This document shows, in pieces, positions 26,276 through 34,789 of a stretch of 64,000 bases of DNA. The DNA is from Candidatus Binatia bacterium. GTDB lineage: Bacteria > Desulfobacterota > Binatia > UBA12015. The first letter of the stretch is position 1, and every line of letters begins with the position of its first letter. Both the position numbers and the translations under genes were made by a program. The stretch lies in assembly GCA_019749875.1 (NCBI GenBank), contig JAIEPK010000091.1:14398-78397 (forward strand), written 5' to 3'. Below the pieces are notes generated by a model, which ran no database searches, had not been told where the DNA came from, and saw only the letters and a list, made by a program, of their open reading frames with translations.

Positions 26276-26658
26276 TCGCGGCGCTCGTCAATACACTCGA
26301 CTTCGACGATCGGCTCTACTCCGGCATCACCGACGACATGCTGAAGGCAGCTTCGGACCTCGACCTCGCGGCGCTCAGCGCGGGCGGCACAACCTTCGAG
26401 GAGGTGCAGCTGCTGTTCTTGCCGGCGGAGGCCGGAGCGTTCAAGGAGCTCGTCGACTTGATCGACAAGCGGGCGAAGAAGGCGAAGCCGCCGGCCCTCC
26501 TCGTGGGCGACAAGGCCGATTTCGACGCACTGTTCGACGCGACCGTTCGCACCAAGGGGGCGCTCAACATCATCAACTCGGCAACGGCGATGCAGGCCGT
26601 AGCGAGACTGGCGCTCGAGCGCTTGGAGAAGCTCGAGGCGGAGAAGTCAGCCGCGTAG
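26272..26658 (+). CDS. Hypothetical protein resembling a ParB-associated C-terminal domain
   Basis: GTGA coupling; LYSGITDD...QLLFLPAE...NIINSATA. Confidence 0.55.
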   Translation: MIAALVNTLDFDDRLYSGITDDMLKAASDLDLAALSAGGTTFEEVQLLFLPAEAGAFKELVDLIDKRAKKAKPPALLVGDKADFDALFDATVRTKGALNIINSATAMQAVARLALERLEKLEAEKSAA

Positions 26659-26777
26659 ATCTACGCGAAAATCTTCGGGGACCGCTTGCGGACGCTCGAA
26701 CGTCAACAGTAAGCGTACCCGTCACAGCTTGTGCGGGGGTGGGCGAATTCTCAAGTCGCTGTCCCACCAGGACGGAG

Positions 26778-27014
26778 ATGCAGGTGGAAATCCTGCCCCC
26801 CGCTCTAGACCGGTCAGGGGTGGACATGGGGGCGGTCTCGTTCGAGCGGTTGTTCGGTGACATCGGGAGGGGTGTCGACGCTGCCCTGCGCCCGCCCGCC
26901 GCGAAGCAACACGACTTCGCGAAGATCGCCGCGACGCTGAAGCGCTGCCGAAAGTGCGGCGCGGTGCGCTTCGCTGCCGACACGGCGCAGGACGCATGCA
27001 CGGAGGGGCGATGA
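26778..27014 (+). CDS. Small hypothetical protein (CxxC)
   Basis: ATG after an intergenic gap; ATGA coupling to the next gene. Confidence 0.5.
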   Translation: MQVEILPPALDRSGVDMGAVSFERLFGDIGRGVDAALRPPAAKQHDFAKIAATLKRCRKCGAVRFAADTAQDACTEGR

Positions 27015-27946
27015 ACACCGAGAACGCGGCTGTGGAATCGCCGATCAGCCTCCTCGCGACCTTCCTTGCGGCGATGCCGTGGGAGAGCCGAAGAGCGCTG
27101 GACATCGAGGAAGCCCGGCGGCGCGGCGAGCCGATCGGCGTGAGCATCGGAGCGCTACGGGCCGAGGTGCGCGAGGCGCAGCTTCGGGTCTACAAGCTCG
27201 AGCAGGAGAAGGCCAGTCGCGAGCGCGTGATCTCCGAAGATCAGGCCGCGATGCGCGAGGTAATGGAGCGCGTTCGCGAGTTCGAGGAGAGGATGGGCGC
27301 GGAGAGAGTGAGCGCCTCGGCGCAGATTGCCCGTCTCGAGCGCGAGAACGCCGACCTGAAGAAGGAGGTCGCCGACATTCGCCGGTATAACGGCGGGTGG
27401 CAGCGGAGCTATGCGGCCGTCGAGGCGAAGCTCGATGGCGTCCGGAAGATGATCGTCGAGCGGATCAAGAACCTGCGCGAGCAGTACAGGTGCGCGCCCA
27501 GTGGTACGGAGGAGGCACGCAACGCGCACTCTCGTGCGTTCGTGCTGGAGGCTCTGCTTCGTGACGCCCTCGGCGAGGTCCTCGGCCTGGAACAGCCGGC
27601 GCCGATGGCCGTCGGGGTGGATGCCGCCGACCAGCCGTCCGCGCGGGAGTTCGACTGCGAGGTGATCGGCCTCGACATCAAGGACCCGACGTTCGACAAG
27701 CCGCGACGCAAAATCGTGGCGCTGCGGTGGCGAGCGGACGCAGGCGCGCTCTACCGCCACTTCCAGCTCGAGGTGCTACTTGGCGACGTGTCGGTGCCGG
27801 AGCTCGGCGCGCGCGTGACGGTCCGTCACTGGCCGCACAATGGCACCGTCGCCGTCGAGACCCCGCTGCCCACGATGGCGAGCGGCTCCGTGCGCGTCAT
27901 GACCGCCGGGCGCGTCACCGGTGATCCGCCGTGGGGACGGACGTGA
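27011..27946 (+). CDS. Coiled-coil hypothetical protein
   Basis: GGAGG RBS; long E/R/K/A heptad region. Confidence 0.7.
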   Translation: MNTENAAVESPISLLATFLAAMPWESRRALDIEEARRRGEPIGVSIGALRAEVREAQLRVYKLEQEKASRERVISEDQAAMREVMERVREFEERMGAERVSASAQIARLERENADLKKEVADIRRYNGGWQRSYAAVEAKLDGVRKMIVERIKNLREQYRCAPSGTEEARNAHSRAFVLEALLRDALGEVLGLEQPAPMAVGVDAADQPSAREFDCEVIGLDIKDPTFDKPRRKIVALRWRADAGALYRHFQLEVLLGDVSVPELGARVTVRHWPHNGTVAVETPLPTMASGSVRVMTAGRVTGDPPWGRT

Positions 27947-28019
27947 TGCTCGTCGTCTTGACGCTCGCCATGATGCTCGCAATCGCGGCCGTACGTCCGC
28001 CGGACGCGTGGGGCTGCTG

Positions 28020-28439
28020 ATGTTCGCAGCCCTACTGCTCGCGTGCTGCGCGAGCCTGCTCGTGGTCGTGCTGTGGCCCACGCTCATCGGCGTCGCCATC
28101 CAGCGAGACAACGCACGGACGGAGCGCGACGACCTGCGCAGCGTGCTCGCGATCGAGCGCGGCAAGAGTCGCGCCCTGGAGCCGATCCTCGTGCAGGCGC
28201 ACGTCGACACGCTCACCGCAGAGGGCGAGGCGGTACGGTTGCGCGAGGAGCTCGACGAGGCACGCGACCAAGCCGACGAACTCGTCGCCGAGGTTCGACT
28301 CGGCCGCGAGCGCATCGAGCACCAGTCGACGCTCATCACGCAGCTCGTCGAGGCGCTCAGTATCGCGACGGAGGCGCTCGAGAAAAGTCGCGACGTCGCG
28401 ACAAAGGACGTCCCTGGCGGGACGGTAGCGGGTGCGTGA
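28020..28439 (+). CDS. Membrane-anchored coiled-coil protein
   Basis: N-terminal TM helix followed by heptads. Confidence 0.6.
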   Translation: MFAALLLACCASLLVVVLWPTLIGVAIQRDNARTERDDLRSVLAIERGKSRALEPILVQAHVDTLTAEGEAVRLREELDEARDQADELVAEVRLGRERIEHQSTLITQLVEALSIATEALEKSRDVATKDVPGGTVAGA

Positions 28440-28654
28440 GGAAGAAGCCTGGTCGGCCCGACGGTAACGGCGGGGGTGCCAAAGCGGGTCGGGAATGCAC
28501 GCCTCGCGACCAGGCTCCGGTGCGCGTCGAGACGGCATCTGGCGCGGTGATCCAGGTGGCGCTGCACTCCAGTGCGATGTCGCTGCCGGACGATCGACTC
28601 GGTGCGATGGTGCGAGACGCCTACTGGGCGATCCGTGGGGGGAAGCGGAGGTAG
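28436..28654 (+). CDS. Hypothetical protein
   Basis: GTGA coupling to the upstream gene. Confidence 0.45.
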   Translation: MRKKPGRPDGNGGGAKAGRECTPRDQAPVRVETASGAVIQVALHSSAMSLPDDRLGAMVRDAYWAIRGGKRR

Positions 28655-28660
28655 GGGTGG

Positions 28661-28704
28661 CCGGGTGACGGCCGGGCGTTCGTAGCGCACCGGTCGTCAC
28701 CCGG
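28661..28704 (+). other. Long intergenic hairpin
   Basis: CCGGGTGACG...CGTCACCCGG outer stem with an inner stem-loop. Confidence 0.55.
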
Positions 28705-28943
28705 GGGCGTGCTGCAAAGAACCAACCGTGGGTGCGTGGCGTCGGCTGTGGCGCGGGTGGGGGACTCGCGCGTTGGGTGCCGTCGTCACCGGTTGGTGGA
28801 CGACGGAAGCTCTACGCAACGTCGGGGCCAAGCGCAATCCCAGCCGCTGTCCACGCCGCCAGGAAGATTCTTGGCGTCAACTGTAAGGGTGTCGGTGTAA
28901 AATCTGCGATCGACACGGTCGCTTGTAGACGAGGGGGGAGCGG

Positions 28944-29333
28944 ATGCCCGAGGCATGGCGAGAGGTGGCGGTCGATGGCGAGCCGGACAGTGACATGTCG
29001 GGCAACGTCTCGCTCTACGAGATCTACGACGCCAACGCGGAAGCGCCCGAGGTGAAGCTCATGGGGCGCTTCAACGACGCCTGGATGTACGGCGAGCGGG
29101 CAACGCACTGGAAGCCCTGGGTTCAGTCCGATGCGCCGTCCGTGGCGCCGGAGATCTGGCACGAGGTCGCCACCGAGGGCAATCCGGAGACCGACGCACC
29201 GATCACGCTGTTCGAGATCTTCGACGGCGACTCGACGGGCTTGACGGCCTGGTACCTGAACCGATGGCTCGTACCCAGCGAGCTCACCGTCACGCACTGG
29301 AAGCTACCGAGGCTTTCCGACGCGCCAGCTTGA
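28944..29333 (+). CDS. Protein with tandem DUF551-like domains
   Basis: Two repeats of W.EVA..G.P....L(Y/F)EI(Y/F)D......THWK. Confidence 0.7.
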   Translation: MPEAWREVAVDGEPDSDMSGNVSLYEIYDANAEAPEVKLMGRFNDAWMYGERATHWKPWVQSDAPSVAPEIWHEVATEGNPETDAPITLFEIFDGDSTGLTAWYLNRWLVPSELTVTHWKLPRLSDAPA

Positions 29334-29345
29334 AAGGAGGACGAC

Positions 29346-29525
29346 ATGCAGTTCGCTCTTGGCTCGAAGGTTCGAGACACCGTCACGGGATGCGCGGGCA
29401 CCGTCACCGCGCGCATCGAGTATCTCAGCGATACCCCGCAGGCGAAGCTCGAGTGGGGCACGCCCGACGGCACGCATCACGAGCGGTGGATCCCGGAGTC
29501 GCGTCTCGAGGCCGTCGCTTCCTAG
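29346..29525 (+). CDS. Small SH3-like phage protein
   Basis: AAGGAGG RBS; MQFALGSKVRDTVTG..GTVTARIEY...W.PESRL. Confidence 0.75.
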   Translation: MQFALGSKVRDTVTGCAGTVTARIEYLSDTPQAKLEWGTPDGTHHERWIPESRLEAVAS

Positions 29526-29588
29526 TCGACACGTCCAGCGCCCAGCGGCCGACGCGTACGGCCCGGCGCATCAACGGGGAGGTGTGAG

Positions 29589-30233
29589 GTGAGATGGTAC
29601 TACTCCGCGGCGATGCTCGCCGCCCTGCTCTTCTGTTCGCAGGCCGATGCGCGGCCGCTCGTGTTCACCGGCCCGGGTGGTGACGTCCACCAATGCGCGT
29701 TCCGTCCGGGCGCGAAGCCCGCGGTGCTCGACTGCTCGGACGGCAACGCGCCGACGCCTGTGCCGACCGCGATCGCGACGCCGAGCCCGGTGCCGACCGC
29801 CATCGACGAGCGCGACCTGTGCCCGGACGGCACGCTGCAGGACCGAGCGTCGAATACCGACCCGTGGTACGGCGTGACGGCGGTCATCAAGCCCGGCGAG
29901 GTCAAGCGCTACTGCGCGAAGATCCAGCCGCCGCTGATTCCGTTCTACCCGCGGCAGATCACGTTCTCGTGGTACGAGACGAGCGACCAGGACTGCGGCG
30001 CGCTGAACGTGGGCGTCGACGCGCTGAGCGGCCCGCCGCGGCCCCGCGGTGGAGCCGGCTACTCGGCGAGCGGGAACTTCTACTACTACGGCAAGTCTCG
30101 AGGACGTGACGGCTCCGTCATCCAGACGCCCGAGCAGACGGCGCCGGGCATCTACGTCGTGACCGTCATCGGTGGTGGTGAGCTGGGCACGACCTGCGTC
30201 AACTATCGCATCGCCTGGAAGGCCGAGCCGTGA
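29589..30233 (+). CDS. Secreted protein with Pro/Thr linker
   Basis: Signal peptide ending ADA; PTPVPTAIATPSPVPT linker; paired Cys. Confidence 0.75.
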   Translation: MRWYYSAAMLAALLFCSQADARPLVFTGPGGDVHQCAFRPGAKPAVLDCSDGNAPTPVPTAIATPSPVPTAIDERDLCPDGTLQDRASNTDPWYGVTAVIKPGEVKRYCAKIQPPLIPFYPRQITFSWYETSDQDCGALNVGVDALSGPPRPRGGAGYSASGNFYYYGKSRGRDGSVIQTPEQTAPGIYVVTVIGGGELGTTCVNYRIAWKAEP

Positions 30234-31126
30234 CCGTCCTGGCGTTCGTCGCGGGCCTCGCGGTCGCGCTGGTGCTGTTCATGTGGTGGGTCGGCCGCTG
30301 CATGCCGGCGGTCGCGCTGGTGCTGCTCGCGGCCCTGCCCGCTCAGGCGCAGACACCCGACGAGCGGGCGATCCTCGACCTGATGAACGAGGAGCGCGCG
30401 CGCTTCAGCGTCGCGCCGCTCGGCTGGTCGGAGGAGCTGCACCGCGCGGCGCAGGCGAAGGCCGACGAGCAGGCCGAGCACGACGGCCAGTGCCCGGCGC
30501 ACGATTCCTGCGACGGGACGAAGTGGTCGAAGCGCATCGGCCGCTTCTATCCGGGCTGGGTGGCGCTCGGCGAGAATGCCGCGACGAGCATCCGCGACCC
30601 ACAGGTGATCGTCGACGGCTGGCTCTCGAGCGACGGGCACTGGAGCAACATCGTCGACTGGCGCTTCATCGAAGCCGGTGTCGCGCTCGCGGACGGCACG
30701 ACCGACTTCGGGCGCATCACGTGGGCCTACGCGGACTTCGGCTCGCAAGCCCTCCCGGCGACGCCGACGCGCGCACCACGGGTCACGCCGACGCCGCTAC
30801 CACCCGGCGGCATAGGCGCGCTGCGGATCCATCGGACCCGCGCCAAGACGATCGTCAGCGGCTACGTCGTGACGGACGGCTCCGACCTGAAGCAACCGGC
30901 GACGCTCACGATCGACCTGAGCAGCGGCGCCATGGCGGTGTTCGTGATCCCCGCCGGACGCATCCGACCGTCCGGCAAGGGCATTAAGACCATCGGCGGC
31001 CTGCCCGCACTGCGCATGGTGCCGTCCAGGCTACCCCGGATGCGGTTTCGGTTCGAGGTGTGGGGCGTGCACGAAGTCGGCCCGGTCAAGCTGTACGCGG
31101 CCGGACAGGCGTGGGGGTCAGAGTGA
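30230..31126 (+). CDS. CAP (SCP/Tpx-1/Ag5) domain exported protein
   Basis: ILDLMNEERAR..VAPL.WSEEL..AAQ, GENAA, W..SDGH.SNI and GVA motifs; PT linker. Confidence 0.88.
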   Translation: MTVLAFVAGLAVALVLFMWWVGRCMPAVALVLLAALPAQAQTPDERAILDLMNEERARFSVAPLGWSEELHRAAQAKADEQAEHDGQCPAHDSCDGTKWSKRIGRFYPGWVALGENAATSIRDPQVIVDGWLSSDGHWSNIVDWRFIEAGVALADGTTDFGRITWAYADFGSQALPATPTRAPRVTPTPLPPGGIGALRIHRTRAKTIVSGYVVTDGSDLKQPATLTIDLSSGAMAVFVIPAGRIRPSGKGIKTIGGLPALRMVPSRLPRMRFRFEVWGVHEVGPVKLYAAGQAWGSE

Positions 31127-31275
31127 GCACGCACGAGATCGTCGACCACGCGATCGTGACGGCGGAGCTGCTCATCTTGCTGGTCGGCTTCGTGGTCGTG
31201 ATCGTCCAGCGCGATCGCGCACAGGCGGAGCTCGACAAACTGCGAACCGAGCAGCGGTGGAGGCCACGCACATGA
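31123..31275 (+). CDS. Small membrane protein
   Basis: One TM helix; coupled to both neighbours. Confidence 0.55.
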   Translation: MSTHEIVDHAIVTAELLILLVGFVVVIVQRDRAQAELDKLRTEQRWRPRT

Positions 31276-31610
31276 CGCTCGTCGAGCTCATCGCCGCGAA
31301 TCTCGCGAGCAACTACCATCACGTCATCACCGCCGGCACCGACGAGCTGGTCGACAACGTCGCGCAGACCATCGCCGAGGAGGCCAAGCGCTTCGCGCGC
31401 GCCCTGCAGCGCCACCTATTCCCGGTCGCGACCGTCGTCGTGGCCGTGAAGTACCCCGACGGCCAGACCATCCGGCACCTCCTCTGCGACCGCTGCTGGC
31501 TCGCGAGGAGTGAGCGCCCGACGTGGGCTACGGTTGTCGGCTACGAGGGCCACGAGCGGGGCCTCACCGACACGAACGGAGCGCCGATCCTCTGCCAAGA
31601 GTGCCGATGA
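31272..31610 (+). CDS. Hypothetical protein with two CxxC motifs
   Basis: GGAGG RBS; CDRC...CQEC. Confidence 0.6.
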   Translation: MTLVELIAANLASNYHHVITAGTDELVDNVAQTIAEEAKRFARALQRHLFPVATVVVAVKYPDGQTIRHLLCDRCWLARSERPTWATVVGYEGHERGLTDTNGAPILCQECR

Positions 31611-31732
31611 AGCGCGCGGTGGTCACGACGCTGCCGCTCACCCTGATGCAGCGAGTCTGCCTCGCGGCGCTCTACGCGACTGCGGCGGGTGCGGCGATCG
31701 CGCTCGCGGTGCTGCTCGTGAGGATCGCGTGA
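31607..31732 (+). CDS. Small membrane peptide
   Basis: Coupled at both ends; hydrophobic. Confidence 0.5.
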   Translation: MKRAVVTTLPLTLMQRVCLAALYATAAGAAIALAVLLVRIA

Positions 31733-32040
31733 CCGGAGGCAACGTCTTCCGGTGTCCGAGGTGCGACACCGTCGCGGTGTTCCCGGGCGTCGTCGCCTAC
31801 TGCCCCTGCCCGGACGGAGGACGGCCCGTCTCGTGGCCTGACGACCAGATCCCGCTCGAGCTGCCCGCGCCGACGATGATGCGTCGGGTTGGCACGCTGG
31901 GGCAGTACCTCGGCGTCCGGCGAGCCCGGCATCATCTCGCTCAAGAGCGAGACGCCGATGTCACCCGCCGAGGTCGAGGAGCTGCGACGGGTCTGGACGA
32001 TGCGGTCCCCTGTGTTCAGCGTCGGGTGGGGGCCGATCCC

Positions 32041-32547
32041 ATGATCGTCAAGCTTCACGACGGCACCGAGGGGGAGTTGGTCGGGTGGATGCGATTGATC
32101 CCGCGATCGCGGACGCTCGTAGGTGGCACGTGGCGCCCGGAGATCGTCGTGCGTCGAGTGGGCCACCGCGACGAGGTGCTCTGGTCCGGCCGTGAGCGGC
32201 CCACACCCGACGACGCCGAGCTCGACCTCGCGAAGGCGGTCGCTCTCGCGGGCCTTGCGATGGCGGCGAAGGCTGGTGGCGAAGCGCTCGCGCGCGCAGA
32301 GGACGAGACGCTTCGTCGAGCGGCGATCCCGACCGTGCCTGGCTACTACATCGTCCGCTGGCGCTCGCGCTTCGTGCGCGCCTACGGCTACGACGCGACG
32401 CCGCAGATCGCGCGCTTCGAGCTCCGCACAGACTACATGGAGGACGACGAGCCTGACGCCCCGAAGGTCTGGCTCACCGGCAGCGACGTAGACCGCGAGG
32501 TCGACGACTTCGAGTGGCTCGAGGGGCCGCTGAAGCTCACTGCCTGA
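32041..32547 (+). CDS. Hypothetical protein (ORF extends in frame to 31729)
   Basis: MIVKLHDG...PTVPGYYIVRW...FEWLEGPL. Confidence 0.6.
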   Translation: MIVKLHDGTEGELVGWMRLIPRSRTLVGGTWRPEIVVRRVGHRDEVLWSGRERPTPDDAELDLAKAVALAGLAMAAKAGGEALARAEDETLRRAAIPTVPGYYIVRWRSRFVRAYGYDATPQIARFELRTDYMEDDEPDAPKVWLTGSDVDREVDDFEWLEGPLKLTA

Positions 32548-32741
32548 CGAACAGCGGGAGCCCGAGCCCATCCCGAGCTCCCGCTGCGGCCCACGGACAT
32601 AGAGCCACCGTCGCCGGCCGTCGGGGAACGGTACCAGCACTGCTACTGTTACCGTTGACCCTATGACTCGTCAACCGCTCAGCGCATACTGAGGCCGTCC
32701 CGTTCCCGTGTCCCTTCACCCTCTCAGGAGACACGGGAACC

Positions 32742-33140
32742 ATGCCCGGCGGACGCCCCCCGAAGCTCACCCCCGAACTACAGCAACGCATCATCCAGGC
32801 CATCCAGGGCGGCGCCTACCGCGAGAAGGCGGCGCAGTTCGCTGGCATCGCTCCCGAGACGCTGTCGCGCTGGATGTCGCGGCGCGGATCGCCCTACGCC
32901 GAGTTCAGTCAAGCGGTTCTGGAGGCGGAGGCGCATGCGTCCGTCATCATGGCGCTGCGCGTGTCGGCTGCCGCGAAGGACGACTGGCGCGCAGCGGCGT
33001 GGTGGCTCGAACGCAAGTTCCCCGACGAGTGGGGTCGCAAGGACCAGCACAAGATCACCGACGGAAATGGCGAGCCGGTCATCCCGCTCGACTTCCTGCG
33101 GCAGGCCTTCGAGCGGGCGACAAAGCGCGCCGAGGACTGA
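32742..33140 (+). CDS. terS: Terminase small subunit (HTH type)
   Basis: GRPPKLTPE..I..AI..G....AA..AGI...TL..W and DWRAAAWWLER motifs; upstream of TerL. Confidence 0.85.
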   Translation: MPGGRPPKLTPELQQRIIQAIQGGAYREKAAQFAGIAPETLSRWMSRRGSPYAEFSQAVLEAEAHASVIMALRVSAAAKDDWRAAAWWLERKFPDEWGRKDQHKITDGNGEPVIPLDFLRQAFERATKRAED

Positions 33141-33146
33141 GCGCGG

Positions 33147-34583
33147 GTGGCGGTCCACCTGCACAAGCGCGCCAAGGACGAGCTGCGTCGTGGCGCGCGT
33201 GCGCTCATCGAGACGCCCGTCGGCTTCGCGCGTGGTGTCCTCGGCGACGACCTGTGGGGCAAGCAGGAGGAGATCCTCGACTCCGTCGCGAAGTACCCGC
33301 TGACGGCAGTCAAGGCGTGCCACTCGTCGGGCAAGACGCACGTCGCGGCCAGAGCCGCGCTCTGGTGGGTGGCGCGATTCCGCGACGGCATCTGCATCAC
33401 GACGGCGCCGACGTGGAACCAGGTCCGGCGCGTCATGTGGGGCCAGATCCACCAGGCGCTCGAGAAGTCGTGGGTCAAGTTCCCGCACGTCAACCAGACG
33501 GAGATCTGTCTCGGCCCGAGCAACTACCTCGCCGGTCTCTCGACGAGCGAGGGCGTCAACTTCCAGGGCTTCCACGGCAAGATCCTGATCATCCTCGACG
33601 AGGCGCCCGGCATCAATCCGGACATCTGGGAGGCGATCGAGGGCATCCGCGCCGGCGGCGACGTGCGCCTGCTGGCGCTCGGCAACCCGACCGTCGCCTC
33701 GGGGCCGTTCTTCGAGTGCTTCAAGCCCGACTCGCTCTGGAACCGCATCACCATCTCGGCGTTCGACACGCCCAACTTCCGCGGCATCGACATGGAGCGC
33801 CTCCTCGAGATGTCCGAGGAGGAGATCGCCGCGTCGCCGCGCGAGTACCTCACGACGCGACGCTGGGTGCGCGAGCGCTGGCACCAGTGGGGCCCAGACC
33901 ACCGACTCTGGGTGTCGCGCGTGCTGGGCGAGTTCGCAGAGCAGGACGCCGATTCGCTCTACAGCCTCGCGTGGCTCAGCGTCGCGAAGCAAAACGCCTT
34001 CGACCCGGATCCGACGGACCGCTGGTACGCCGGGCTCGACATCGCCGGGCCCGGGCAGGCGGAGACGGCACTCTGTATCCGCCGCGGCCAGCAGATCGTC
34101 GGCATCTGGGCGTGGCAGAAGGAGGACCCGCGCCAGGAGGTGCTCGACGTCCTGCGGCCATTCAGGGATCGCGGCATCGTCGTCCAGGGCGACGCGATCG
34201 GCCAGGGGCACTACTTCCTGCGCGACCTCGAGAAAGCGGGCTACCCGGTCGCGTTCGTCAACGTCGGGCTGCCGTCGTCCGAGCCGAAGCGCTTCGCGTC
34301 GCTCAAGGCCGAGATCTACTGGGAGCTGCGCGACACGCTGCAGGCGAACCAGCTCGCGTTCCCGAAGGACCGGCCCATGCAGTCGATCGTCGAGCGCACG
34401 ATCGGCCAGCTGTCGACGGTGCGCTTCACCGAGACCGAGCGTGGGCAGGTCATCATCGAGTCGAAGGAGTCGCTCGCTCGCCGCGGCGTCGCATCTCCCG
34501 ACCTTGGCGAGGCGGTGATCCTGTGCTTCGCGAAGTCCGCGAAGATCCGTCCGCGCAGTGCGCGCAAGGTCCACGCGGTGTGA
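33147..34583 (+). CDS. terL: Terminase large subunit
   Basis: AVKACHSSGKT, TAPT, ILDEA, GNPT, GLDIA and SPDLGEA motifs. Confidence 0.93.
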   Translation: MAVHLHKRAKDELRRGARALIETPVGFARGVLGDDLWGKQEEILDSVAKYPLTAVKACHSSGKTHVAARAALWWVARFRDGICITTAPTWNQVRRVMWGQIHQALEKSWVKFPHVNQTEICLGPSNYLAGLSTSEGVNFQGFHGKILIILDEAPGINPDIWEAIEGIRAGGDVRLLALGNPTVASGPFFECFKPDSLWNRITISAFDTPNFRGIDMERLLEMSEEEIAASPREYLTTRRWVRERWHQWGPDHRLWVSRVLGEFAEQDADSLYSLAWLSVAKQNAFDPDPTDRWYAGLDIAGPGQAETALCIRRGQQIVGIWAWQKEDPRQEVLDVLRPFRDRGIVVQGDAIGQGHYFLRDLEKAGYPVAFVNVGLPSSEPKRFASLKAEIYWELRDTLQANQLAFPKDRPMQSIVERTIGQLSTVRFTETERGQVIIESKESLARRGVASPDLGEAVILCFAKSAKIRPRSARKVHAV

Positions 34584-34789
34584 GCGGCCCCCGGTATGAA
34601 CTGACCTCGGCGCCGCTATCCTCCATCTGCAAGACGCCCGAGCGTCGCTGATGAACGGCCAATGGCGATACACAGATCAACCGCAACGCAGGAGCCGACC
34701 ATGACGTAGGAACGCGCTCTCTCGACCCGGACCCCTGTCCCCTGCCCCGTTCGACCGGGCGCCCGTCAAGCGGCGCGGGGGACAGGCTC

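Noticed and set aside
28020..28439. i-spanin assignment
   Set aside because: The TM plus coiled-coil topology fits, but there is no adjacent endolysin or overlapping lipoprotein.
32708..34673. Long alternative-frame ORFs over the terminase genes
   Set aside because: Off-frame, Arg/Pro/Ala-rich sequence; the terS and terL frames explain the region.
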